Under the pieces are notes generated by a model. The model had not been told where the DNA came from, did not search any database, and saw nothing but the letters and a program-made list of their open reading frames with translations. A stretch of DNA of 64,000 nt, from assembly GCA_964016885.1 (NCBI GenBank), contig OZ024742.1, positions 353,152,001 through 353,216,000 on the forward strand, read 5' to 3'. Every line of letters begins with the position of its first letter. Position 1 is the first letter of the stretch. The translations under genes and the position numbers were made by a program. This document shows, one piece after another, positions 26,239 through 37,891 of the stretch. The stretch is from Eledone cirrhosa (Eukaryota).

Positions 26239-26722
26239 TAAAGTTAGTCCTTCATCAGTGATCTTCCAGCCTTCATTGGTATTTCATCGCTTTAAAGACC
26301 ATATACCTCTGGTTGGTGCGAGCAAGGGCTAAAGAAAGTCGTGGGGTCACGTAAACAGGGGGAACATGCTAGACAGTAAACAAACTAAGATGGTAATGCA
26401 AAGAAAAGTGAGGAAGAAGGAGTCAAGTCCCTGAAATCGATGAACATATGTTCGGTGAAATCATAGATGACAGAGAAGACCATCCAACCTGGTCGAAATG
26501 TGAGTGAGGAAAGAATTTTGCACAGGTCAAACGGGAAGAAGTAGAAGAGGGAATAGCAGAGAGTGAGTAAGTGAAAGTGTGAGGAAGAGGCTAACAGAGA
26601 GAGTGACTGGCAGAGGGGGTAAAAAGAAAGTGAGAGATACAGAGAAAGGGGCAGCGGTAAGAAAGAAACAGACGGGTAAGAAAAATATGAAAACATGGCG
26701 TGCTACGTGGTTGCAAATGGGT

Positions 26723-26772
<50 letters not shown>

Positions 26773-26805
26773 CCGTTAAAGGTTGAAACCACACACACAC
26801 ACACA
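26165..26805 (-). mobile_element. Probable PLE 3' remnant with short inverted ends (26165-26200 and 26768-26805)
   Basis: Minus strand reads CNHVARH (compare CPHLKSH and CPHMKSH at other PLE C-termini), then a pyrimidine-rich UTR and CTGATGA at 26258-26252, broken by (TA)n. Confidence 0.45.
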
Positions 26806-27098
26806 CATATATATATAAATACATAAGTAAAATGAAAATTAGCAGGAAAATTTGGTAGATGTTATGACATAATACATACTTTATAATATAGGAAATGTCT
26901 GTACCATTGCAGTATGATAATATTGAGAGATGATCAACTTGGCAATAGAATAAACATCAATATAATTATGGAATTCTTTGCTTCATTAATTACACATGAT
27001 TATATTGTAGCTATTTTCGTTATATATCTTATTGAAATATAGAAAACAATTTATTATGTACACATGACACAGACGCAGGCACACACACAGCCCCGCCC

Positions 27099-27183
<85 letters not shown>

Positions 27184-27355
27184 AATCGTTGCTTTCATGG
27201 GTGAAAGCAACGATTCTTTGCTTAAACTTTGATCTGTTATTATAATAAATATTTGCTCTACGGTCCTTATATATTTGATATATATATTTATCCTTATCGA
27301 GCCCTCTTTGGATTTTAGTCTTCAAATTTATTATTATTACTATATTTATAGATAT

Positions 27356-29322
27356 ATATAATGTATAATAAATAATACAATATAATTACCTCATTACCAG
27401 AGGTTTCCCGAATAAGACGAATACAAAAAAACGTCCTCATTCGTTCTTCGGACAAGGCAATTAAAACAGTGAAATATTTGGGAAGTCTCCTCAAGAAATG
27501 CAAAACATATATAAATAAAAGTAATGAAAGAGATATATAAACAAATATAAGTAAATATAGTTAGGGTATGTGTATATGTATGCATATACACTCACAATAA
27601 CATATGTGTGTATGTACAAATGCATGTGTATGGTGAAAATGTGTGCGTAAGTACATATATGAGGGCAAGTATATTTGTGTATATGTGACCACAAATACCT
27701 ATATAATATGAATTGAAAAAGAGATTGTATGAAAATATAGTTGACACGCATCCAGATACAGCTATTAAATAGACATACGAGTATGAAAGCACGCGTATAA
27801 ACACACACACACGCCCGGTCATTATATGCGGAAGATAAAGAGAGAAGGGAGTGTAATAGTAAAAAGAAGTGTCATACTCGATATATGAATAAAAATGAAA
27901 CAATATATGAGAATGAAAAAAATGATTAAATCAAAGAGAAAGTAATCAGTTAACACCAGAGAAAAGAAATCAAACATAGGTGCGCACGTACATACACATA
28001 TATATATAACATATTTATACAGCCAAATCCGTACCGACAAAAGTGCATTCATGCGTAAATACATACACACGGGGCACGTAAATATATATATATATATATC
28101 GCCCTATGTATATCTAATCACACGTATGTACGCGACTATATATATATATATATATACATATACATACACACCCATACATACATATAATATATACACATAT
28201 ACATACACATACACATACATTCACCCGCATACACACACACGTAAAAATAAGAATGTAAAAACACAGATATAAAAAACCTAGATATAAAACACACATACAC
28301 ACACATATATATACGTACGCACGCACACGTACGGAGGCGTTCGTATACATATACAGAACGTATACAGACAAAAGCACACTCAGACACATAGATACAGATT
28401 ATAAATCAGCCATATGAATAAATGAGTACAAATATAAAATAGGCTGCGAAACAACAGAATATATATGGAGTGGAAAACGCAAGTGACTAGTAGTATCAGG
28501 TAGTGAAAGAAAATGGGGAAGTAACATGTGGAATGTGAAGATATTAGGTAAGTGAATCGAAAACTCGGGGGAGGGGGGATACTTTCTGGTGGATGTGAAG
28601 TAAAAATAAAAATAAAATTAAAGATAAAGTTAAAAATGAAAGTAAATCAGAAAGAGAAATCTGTAGAGTGAATAAAGTTAATAATTTAAGGAAAGTGAAG
28701 AATAAGAGTTTATGGAGGATAAGTATCTGAAAGTGAGTTAAGTTTATATGAGCTGGAAAGCAAGTGTGATTTCATGTGTGGGCAAGTGGTGAAAATCTCT
28801 GTTATTGTATTTAGGCAGGTTTTTGGTGATTTAAGGTTCGGTAAAATCCAATATTTTTCACTTACGCAGAGTGTGCATCTTCTTGTTCCTCTTGCAAGAA
28901 TATGCATGAGGAGCAGATTATATATTTGTACTCATTTATTCATATGGCTGATTTATAATCTGTATCTATGTGTCTGAGTGTGCTTTTGTGTGTATACGTT
29001 CTGTATATGAATACGAACGTGTGCGTGCGTACATATATATATATGTGTGTGTATGTGTGTTTTTATATCTAGGTTTTTTATATCTGTGTTTTTACATTCT
29101 TATTTTTACGTGTGTGTGTATGCGGGTGAATTTATGTGTATGTGTATGTATATGTGTATATATTATATGTATGTATGGGTGTGTATGTATAGGTGTATAT
29201 ATATATATATAGTCGCGTACATGTTATTAAATATACATGGGGCGATATTTATATATATACGTGCCTCGTGTGTATGTATGTACACATGAATGCGCTTTTG
29301 TCTGTACGTATTTGTGTGTATA

Positions 29323-29384
<62 letters not shown>

Positions 29385-30079
29385 ATGTACATGTGTACCT
29401 ATGTTTGTTTTCTTTTCTCTAGTGTTAATTGATTATTTTCTCTTTGATTTAAACATTTTTTCATTCTTATATATTGTTTCATTTTTATACATATATCGAG
29501 ATTGACACTTCTTTTTACTATTACACTCCCTTCCCTCTTTATCTTCCGCATATAAGTGACATGCGCGTGTGTGTGTGTTTATACGCGTGCTTTCATACTC
29601 GTATGTGTATTTAATACCTGTATCTGGATGCGTGTCAACTATATTGTCATAACATTTCTTTTTCAACTCATATTATATACGTATTTGTGGTCACATATAC
29701 ACAAATATACTTGCCCTCATATATGTACTTACGCACACATGTTCACCATACACATGCATTTGTACATGTGAGTGTATATACATACATATACACATATCCT
29801 AACTATATATCCTTATATTGTTTTTATATATATCTTTCATTACTTTTATTTATATATGTTTTGCATTTCTTGAGGAGACTTTCCAAATATTTCACTATGT
29901 TTTAATTGCCTTGTCCGACGAGCGAACGAGGATGTTTTTCGTATTCGTCTTATTCAGGAAACCTCTGGTAATTAGGTAATTATATTGTATTGTTTATTAT
30001 ACATTAAATTTACTCTGGTACTTACATAGAGCACTCTTCACTCCTATGACTTTTTCAATTTTCAATGGAAGCTTCAATA

Positions 30080-30082
<3 letters not shown>
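27356..30082 (+). mobile_element. PLE family D fold-back (~2.7 kb): inverted arm ~28910-27356 (-) with endonuclease C-terminus, tailed arm ~28915-30082 (+)
   Basis: ORF 28710-28907 (-) RGTRRCTLCVSEKYWIL..CLN..TEIFTTCPHMKSH. 27356-28432 mirrors 28915-30006. Confidence 0.88.
29906..29979 (+). ncRNA. Hammerhead with variant core CCGACGA (twin at 27386-27460, -, CCGAAGA)
   Basis: ttgccttgt-CCGACGA-long stem II-GAAA-cctctgg-TA-attaggtaa. Confidence 0.75.
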
Positions 30083-30125
<43 letters not shown>

Positions 30126-30128
<3 letters not shown>

Positions 30129-30665
30129 GATATTAATAAATGGAAACTATATTTATAAAACCATATTTATTTCATTATACATATTTCAGGGATACCACAT
30201 TAAATTATGGTATCCCTTCATCAGACAAAATACGATATATAACAGTTTTACAAATAGGTTTGACGTACCCATTAATATACAACCATTACTTTTCGAGGCT
30301 GTCTGGATAGTGATTCATAGAGTTAAGCACAATTAGAAAAAGACGGAGAGAAAGAACGTCTTCTTCTAATTGTGCTTAACACTATGAATCACTATCCAGA
30401 CAGCCTCCAAAAGTAATGGTTGTATGTTAAAGGGTACGTCAAACCTATTTGTAAAACTGTTATATATTGTATTTTGTCTGATGAAGGCATACCATAATTT
30501 AATGTGCTATCCCTGAAATATGTATAATGAAATAAATATGGTTTTATAAATATAGTTTCCATTTATTAATATCGTATATCTACTCCAAACATGTGTCGAG
30601 TGCTTTATAACAGTTATAAAAATATTTACTTGTTGTATCCCAACAATTTTAAATAGAACTTTTGC
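30126..30665 (+). mobile_element. Family-B-like terminal-repeat palindrome with two HHRs (30168-30232 -, 30470-30534 +) and tail
   Basis: Near-perfect ~220-bp arms around ~30350. Both cores are CTGATGA. The minus copy has a perfect 10-bp stem II, agggatacca/tggtatccct. Confidence 0.9.
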
Positions 30666-30692
30666 ATAAATATATATATATATATTTATATA

Positions 30693-30829
<137 letters not shown>

Positions 30830-30835
30830 GTATAT

Positions 30836-31206
30836 ACGATATATAAAAAATGGAAACTATATTTATAAAACGATATTTATTTCATTATACATATTTCAAG
30901 GACACCAATTTAAACTATGGTGCGCTTTCATCAGATAAAATATAATAGTGAGCAGTTTTATAAATAAATATTGACATACCCTTAAAGAATACGACCATTT
31001 CTATAATATATTTTATCTGATGGAAGTACACCATAATTTAACTTCTTGTCCTTGAAATATGTATAATGAAATAAATATGGTTTTATAAATATAGTTTCCA
31101 TTTGCTAATATATCGTATTTTTACTCCAATAACTTGTTGAGTGGTTTATATCAGTCATAAATATATTTGCTTGTTGTATCCCAACAATTTAAATAGAACT
31201 TCTACA
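30836..31206 (+). mobile_element. Second family-B-like terminal-repeat fold-back (HHRs ~30878-30943 - and ~31008-31073 +, the latter CTGATGG)
   Basis: Same ggaaactatatttataaaac/gttttataaatatagtttcc ends and the same tail as 14284-14510. Confidence 0.85.
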
Positions 31207-31263
31207 TATATATATATATATTCAGGGAGAGACAAATTAAGAAATAACATTTTTTTATTATTA

Positions 31264-34200
31264 CTAGCAGAAGAACCGCCCTTGAGCGGTTTTCAGCTAT
31301 CATATATAGTATGCATATTGAAACAAGTTGATTCAGCAGTCACATTGAGAGGAATCTTGCACTTGGAATGAGAGTTCTACCTTTGTGAATCAAAGTGTTT
31401 GCTATTCCAGATATGGCAGTGGATGTTTATGACATAGGCCTTTCCTGTACCTGCACTTGCATTCAAACAGAAAATACTGCCTTCTTTTCATTTACAGAGG
31501 GGATTACTTTGTGAAAATAACCAGTTGCTCAGAATTCAATGTTGGCAGGAGATCATTTATGTTTCCTTGCAGTTGGTGTGTATTGAAATCAGTTTCTGCC
31601 ATAAAAACCCTGTTGATTTCTGGTATGGAAACAATAGTTGGATCTGGCCGAGGAACTCCATAGCTGGCATGAATGTCCAAGCCATCAAGTTGAAGTCCTT
31701 GTTGGATGTTCTGTAGAATAATCTGCACGGTTTGCATGGACATGACTTGCTCAAGTCGTTCATGCGTGATGCTCTGCAAGACAATTCTTCCATTTCTCCC
31801 AGAATTGCAGAGGTTCATTTGGCATGCAGTGCAATACAATGTTGCAGAAGATCTGTCGCAGCTGAGGACCAAGTGTAATGGAAGAGGCGTCTTCCATAGC
31901 TTGTCTTTATCTCCATCTTCATCTAACAGACCAAATTTCCTACATGCCTCTTGGGATGTTGGAAATTCAACTCCTTCAATTGTCCTAAATTCTTTGTATG
32001 ACGTTGACCCAGCCTTGTGATGTAGGATCATTCTGAGGTAGTATAATTCAGATTGATGTCTACTGAGAGATACTGTTGGAATGCGTTCATGAGATTCACT
32101 CATAAATTGTTGATCACCATCCAGATGTCCCTTTTTTCTTCTTTGCCACTTTTCGTTTCTCCAAGTGAAATATTTAGGAATATCAATATACGATATGTTT
32201 GTGCCAGTGGATCTCTAATATTCAGTTGGAAATATTCCTTCAACATAGTCATTGGCTGTCCCCTAGAAACAACACCTTCCTCCTGCCCTCACTCATAAAT
32301 GACCATTTGTCCTCAGGTAAATGGCAAGGCAACATTTCAACTGGCGGTTTTCGATGATGTAAAGGAAATTTATAGATTCTCCAGAATGTTTCACTGGCTG
32401 AGATGTACCGTGCATTGATATATGTCTCCATCTCATCTTGGGCATGGACACAATTTCCTTGATTATCCTTAAGAGTGAAATGGATTTTGTCTGATCCTTT
32501 TGTGATGTAATTATATAAGTGCTTAACAGCCTAGACACTGTGGATAACCTCACAATTGATGTTGCACTGATATCCCAATGAGAGGAAAGTGTTGTACGGA
32601 AGAATCCAACGATTTACAACAGTAAATTCTTGACCTTTAAGTTGGATAGTATGAGTGTGACCACCATGATGGCTATCCCTTCTTCTATACTCCGGAAAGG
32701 AATTGTTGGCAACAAATGTGGTTTGTCTGAATGAATGGGATAACTGTTTGAGCAATGGCCTTGTTGTACTAGCTCTTCCATACATGGGCACATACTATTA
32801 GCTTGTCTACATGGGCCATGAATTTTGCAGGATGTGATGAGCATATGCAGAATTGGATTGGTCTCTTTATTAGGAATCTCACAGTAGACTACCTGATCAT
32901 TGCCATCAGAAGTTTTGGGTTTGATATTTTCAGCCATTATCAGCAGAATATGAGCATGAGTGAGGCCTCGATTATGCCACTCTACTGTAGCAGAATGAGC
33001 CAAAACTTTTCCTAGGACTTTTATTTTCAGTATGTCATCCATGATGCTGTCATACTTGATCTTGAAGACTCTTGCACAAATATCAGGACGGTCCCTAGGT
33101 TCTTCACCAGGGTGCAAACAATTGTTTATTTCATCCGAGTTAGGTTTATTTGTTACCGTGATGAAATAAAATGGCTTTCGCATGTGTCGAACCACAGTGA
33201 TCGAATTCTGAAAGCACTCACTCTAGAAGCGAGGTGCAGCAAAGATTGAAGGAGGAAGAACAATTCTCTGGCCTGCATTTACTGAATCTCCTTCAGCCAC
33301 AGCATCATACAAACCCTCATAATTTTCAGCTCGTATCATGGCTTGATTGTTGCGGGCCCATTTGAGTGACGATGTTCTATTTTTGCCTGGGCATCTACAG
33401 CATATTGCTGCATCAGCCGCCTGCTCTACATGATAATGTTACAGTCACCTTGCCTAACCTGGAACCAATAACAGTAGAAATCCGTGGGTGTCAGTGTGTG
33501 GTTGTTGTCAATCCTTTTAAAAGCAACATGAAACCCATCATTCCCCCAAGTAAACAGTAGCACATAATGCAGAGGATCATAAGAACGGTGCAACTGATGA
33601 ATCCTCCGAAGATCACAATCTCTTTTATGAATGGTGACATCCAACAGACCTAATGCTGTATCAGGTTTAATAACAGCAATCTCAGATGCCATGGGAAGAT
33701 TATATGTGCGACAATGAAAATCAGTGGGTTTTACTTTGTCAGTATATAGGACAATATTCACATTTTCAGAGACTGGCATTTCAATCACTGACTTGAAGCT
33801 TTTTATATCGGTGGTGCAGTAGTGCAAGTCTTCTTGTAGGTCCTACAGGACAGCATCATCTAGATTAGCATGATGCAAGTGATTCTGAAGATCATGACCT
33901 GTATCATAGAAGTAAACCTGCGCAAAGTTGCGGGAAGCATCACTTTGAAGTAGTGATTCAATAATATGACAAATCTTAACTTGAATCTTAAATATGGGAC
34001 GAAATCCTGGGACGAAATCTCTTTGCAACCAATTGAAGCTAAAGCAAGCACATTGTTATATGTCCATATCTTTTGGAGAACAGAATTTCCTGCTTCAGAG
34101 ATATCGAAATATTTCAGTATATTTGATGGAGGAGGAGGAAGTTGAGGGAGTATCACTTTTCCCTGGAAGCAGCACAGAGATTTGGGTTCATGCGGCCAGC

Positions 34201-34560
34201 GATAAGCTTTGCGGTGCGGACAAAAGGAGGCAAAGAGACTCCCTGCATTATGTTGTGGCATTATGGAATGAAGAGTTTGCTCTTGGAAAGGTTCATCTGT
34301 AGGATTATTTGCCAGACCTTCAATTGACCTGACCTGTTCCTTCCTCTCTGAACGTTTGGTGTATTTGTTGCAAGTTATTGTTGGTGTGTTAATTGAAGTA
34401 TATTTGTAGAAATGTATTGGGATGTTGTAGAGCGATTATTGTTTGATTGATATGCCCTCATCTTCTTTGTCGTTGTGCGCCTGTTGCCATGCGTTGAGGT
34501 TTAGATGAGGCATGTTTCTGTGTCCCATATTCACTCTCTGTCATGTATGTATAAATATAT
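31264..34560 (-). mobile_element. Helitron remnant: Rep domain and start of helicase, internally deleted, 3' terminus intact
   Basis: CPH..CCFQGKV.LP, RTYNLP..EIA, HRSYDPLHYVLLF, DRPD..RVF, HUH motif RGLTHAHILL, HGPC, YITKGSD, ARYISASE..WRI, LNSEQ, Walker A AGTGK near 31440-31460. Hairpin aaccgct/ggcggtt (31291-31274) is followed by CTAG (31267-31264) and T. Confidence 0.92.
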
Positions 34561-34621
34561 GTTATCTCTACGGTGAAATCATAGAAATAAACATATGCTA
34601 AAACAAAACAAATAAATATAA

Positions 34622-34666
<45 letters not shown>

Positions 34667-34667
<1 letters not shown>

Positions 34668-34710
34668 ATATTAAATAAATGGAAACTATATTTATAAAAC
34701 CATATTTATT
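34667..34710 (-). repeat. Family B terminal-repeat stub
   Basis: gatattaaataaatggaaactatatttataaaaccatatttatt matches 10788-10831. Confidence 0.75.
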
Positions 34711-34805
34711 GTATGATATACATTTCAACGCTACCAAAGATTTTTGTTTCAAGGGTACTAGGAATTTGTTGAATTACCAACAAATTGAATATTATCCCTT
34801 ATGCT

Positions 34806-35012
<207 letters not shown>

Positions 35013-35149
35013 TATATATTTAGCTGACACGGAGAAGAGAAATCTTTGAAATAAATGTATGTTCGAACACCAGAGAGAGAGAGTAGTATGAGGTAGTCAT
35101 AACAACAATAGTAGCAGTAAAACGCGTATCAAAACAATATATATATATA

Positions 35150-36586
35150 TTAAAATACAAATATTAATAAAATAGCTGTTCTTTTGATCAATTACATTTT
35201 ATTATACATATTTCGGATGTACAACAGTACGTCCTCATCAGACAAAATATAATGTTACATGACATACACTTGTTCAATAACATGCCGGAACATTGATACA
35301 CATAACATTATTTTATTAACTTTGATCAATACCATTATTTCTTTATTTCTTTATTTCTCTATCTTCCTATCTATGTTTTAAAGTTTAGTTTAATACCCCA
35401 CCCATACATCTTTACGGAACTTATATATAACTGTGAATTTTTAATGCGTTTTTGATCTCTTATTTATAGTATAATATAATATAGTATATTATAATAGGTA
35501 TGTAATTATATTTTTATATATTTTTAAATATACCTACTGCATTTTAAAATCTAAAATTTAAAAAGGAAATGTGAATTTTTGGTACGTTTTTGATCTCTTA
35601 TATATAATATAATGTATTATAATATGTATGTAATTATATATTATATTTTATATATTTTTAAATATACCTACCGCATTTCTATATCCATGATTCAAATATA
35701 GAGAAAATATCCAAACTAAAAATTATTATAGACATTATTGTGACTCTGAATTATCCATGCACTTATTATTGTTTTTCTTATATATATGTATGTAAATGTA
35801 ACACATTGAACTCTATTTTATAAAATTATAACCGTTATCATTTACCTAAAGTATACTGCACCACTAATACCTAATATATATCTATATATACCTCCCTATA
35901 TCTTCCTATACATCATTTTTAGTTAACTTCTAAATGTGTTGATTATGTATACTCTGAACTAAGAATAATTAATGCATTTACACCCTGTTATATATTTAAC
36001 ATGCCTCAATTTATCATTTTATTTTTATATTCGTCGTTATTATTTACCTAAAATATACTGGCTCATTAATATATATCTATATACATAATCGTTATTTAAA
36101 TATTTCTAACAATAAGTACTTCAAAAGCTTTACATACCTAATATGTTGGTATCTTTGTTAAAGTTATGATTGATGAGATGTTTTCCTAGATAAATTGTCG
36201 TAACATATATTTTAAAATCTCTATAACTGTTACATTAAACAACGTTTTTCTTACTCACACATTCTCTATTGAATTTGTTACGTCTTCGCATATTCTCATA
36301 ATTAGGGTATAAATGTAAAATGTTCTCTTAGGTTAATCACTACCTTGATTACATCTTAACCATTTAATATCTCAGGTATGGCATGTATCATTATATTTTG
36401 TCTGATGAGGACGTACTGTTGTACATCCGAAATATGTATAATAAAATGTAATTGATCAAAGGAACATATATTTTATTAATATTTGTATTTTAATATTAAT
36501 TACTCCGGAAAATTATTACGGAGAGTGCTTCCAATCTACTGTAAAACTCATTCTTTGACATACTCATTGAATATTGTTTAACACTG

Positions 36587-36590
<4 letters not shown>
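35150..36590 (+). mobile_element. Non-coding PLE-type element (family E): inverted repeat 35150-35268 / 36376-36496, AT-rich body, tail
   Basis: Both arms carry an HHR. No ORF of 60 aa or more. Internal direct repeat 35433-35544 / 35571-35678. (TA)n flanks. Confidence 0.8.
36394..36448 (+). ncRNA. Type I hammerhead, intact core (twin at 35195-35249, -)
   Basis: tattttgt-CTGATGA-ggacgtac-tgtt-gtacatcc-GAAA-tatgta-TA-ataaaatg. Confidence 0.9.
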
Positions 36591-36628
<38 letters not shown>

Positions 36629-36899
36629 GTCACAGTCACTCCTCTCTTTATATACTCACACATACAATCTCTCTTTTCGCTCTAGCAATTTTATGAATTC
36701 AAAGAACAACAACATACACATATGCACACACATACACATCAGCGTGTTGAAAAAAATCCAAATCGCTTCATCTTTCGCTTTTATTCTCTCTCTCTATCGT
36801 ATAGATATACGGGAAGTATTGAAATATATGTTTAATCATGTGTTACGAATTTTAGTAGATCAGTTATGTATTATTCATTCATTATTTCTTGAAAGATAC

Positions 36900-37031
36900 G
36901 GCCCTTTATGGTCTGAGTTCAAATCCCGCCGAGGTTAACTTTGCCTTTCATCCTTACGAGGTCGATAAACTAAAGTACCAGTAATGCACTGGGATAATTG
37001 CTGGCCTTGTGCCAAAAGTAGAAACAATTAT
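36900..37031 (+). mobile_element. 5'-truncated copy of the tRNA-derived SINE
   Basis: B-box GAGTTCAAATCCC, then the same core as 98-287. Confidence 0.8.
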
Positions 37032-37217
37032 TTATTGAAAGTAATGCAACTTATTTTACAAACGGGATAAAAACATGATATTCTGGATGCAGTCCCGCGC
37101 ACCTTGCTTTATTACAGTTTAGATTATATTTGTTAGTGTTTTCGTTCTATAATCATTACCTTGAATGAGTTTGAAAAAAAAAGAGTTGATAAATAAATAA
37201 AATGTTATGCTTGTTTT

Positions 37218-37475
37218 ACCCTCCCATTTCCAATTAAACCGAACGCTATCATGACTGTATGTGTGTGTTTCTGTAAATGTATATGTATGAATGTATGTAT
37301 GTTTGTGTGAAAGTATGTGTGAATGTATGTATGTTTGTGTGAAAGTATGTGTGAATGTATGTATATTTGTGGGAAAGTATACCCTCCCATCTCCAATTAA
37401 ACCGAACGCTAGCATGACTGTATGTGTGCGTCTGTGTAAATGTATATGTGTGAATGTATGTATGTTTGTGTGAAT
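37218..37475. repeat. Tandem duplication, ~163-bp unit with a TG-rich minisatellite
   Basis: accctcccat.tccaattaaaccgaacgcta.catgactgtatgtgtg at 37218 and 37381. Confidence 0.85.
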
Positions 37476-37891
37476 TATCTCCGTGAGAGTGTATTTTTAT
37501 AAGTTTGCGTTTGCACGATTATAGTTATATACTCATAATAGTTATATACTCATACATATAGATGTATGTATGTTCACATACAAACGCGTCAGGTGTAGAA
37601 AATCATAATCTCTCTATCACTGTCAAACTCTCTCTTTCTATATGGTAGTTGAAGTGGTGGTGGTGGCAACGATATACCGTAAGTGCAACTTTGAAAAGAA
37701 ATCAATTTGAACTTATTTATTTTTGCGAAATTATTTTCGTTTACGAAATTGAGTAGATAAATCATGTACTATTCATCCAACATATTTTACAAACGAGATG
37801 AAAAAAGAAACAAAACCTTACGCAATCCCGCAGACCATCCTGTATTACAGTTTAGATATTTATTAATAATATTAATAATATTATCATCATT

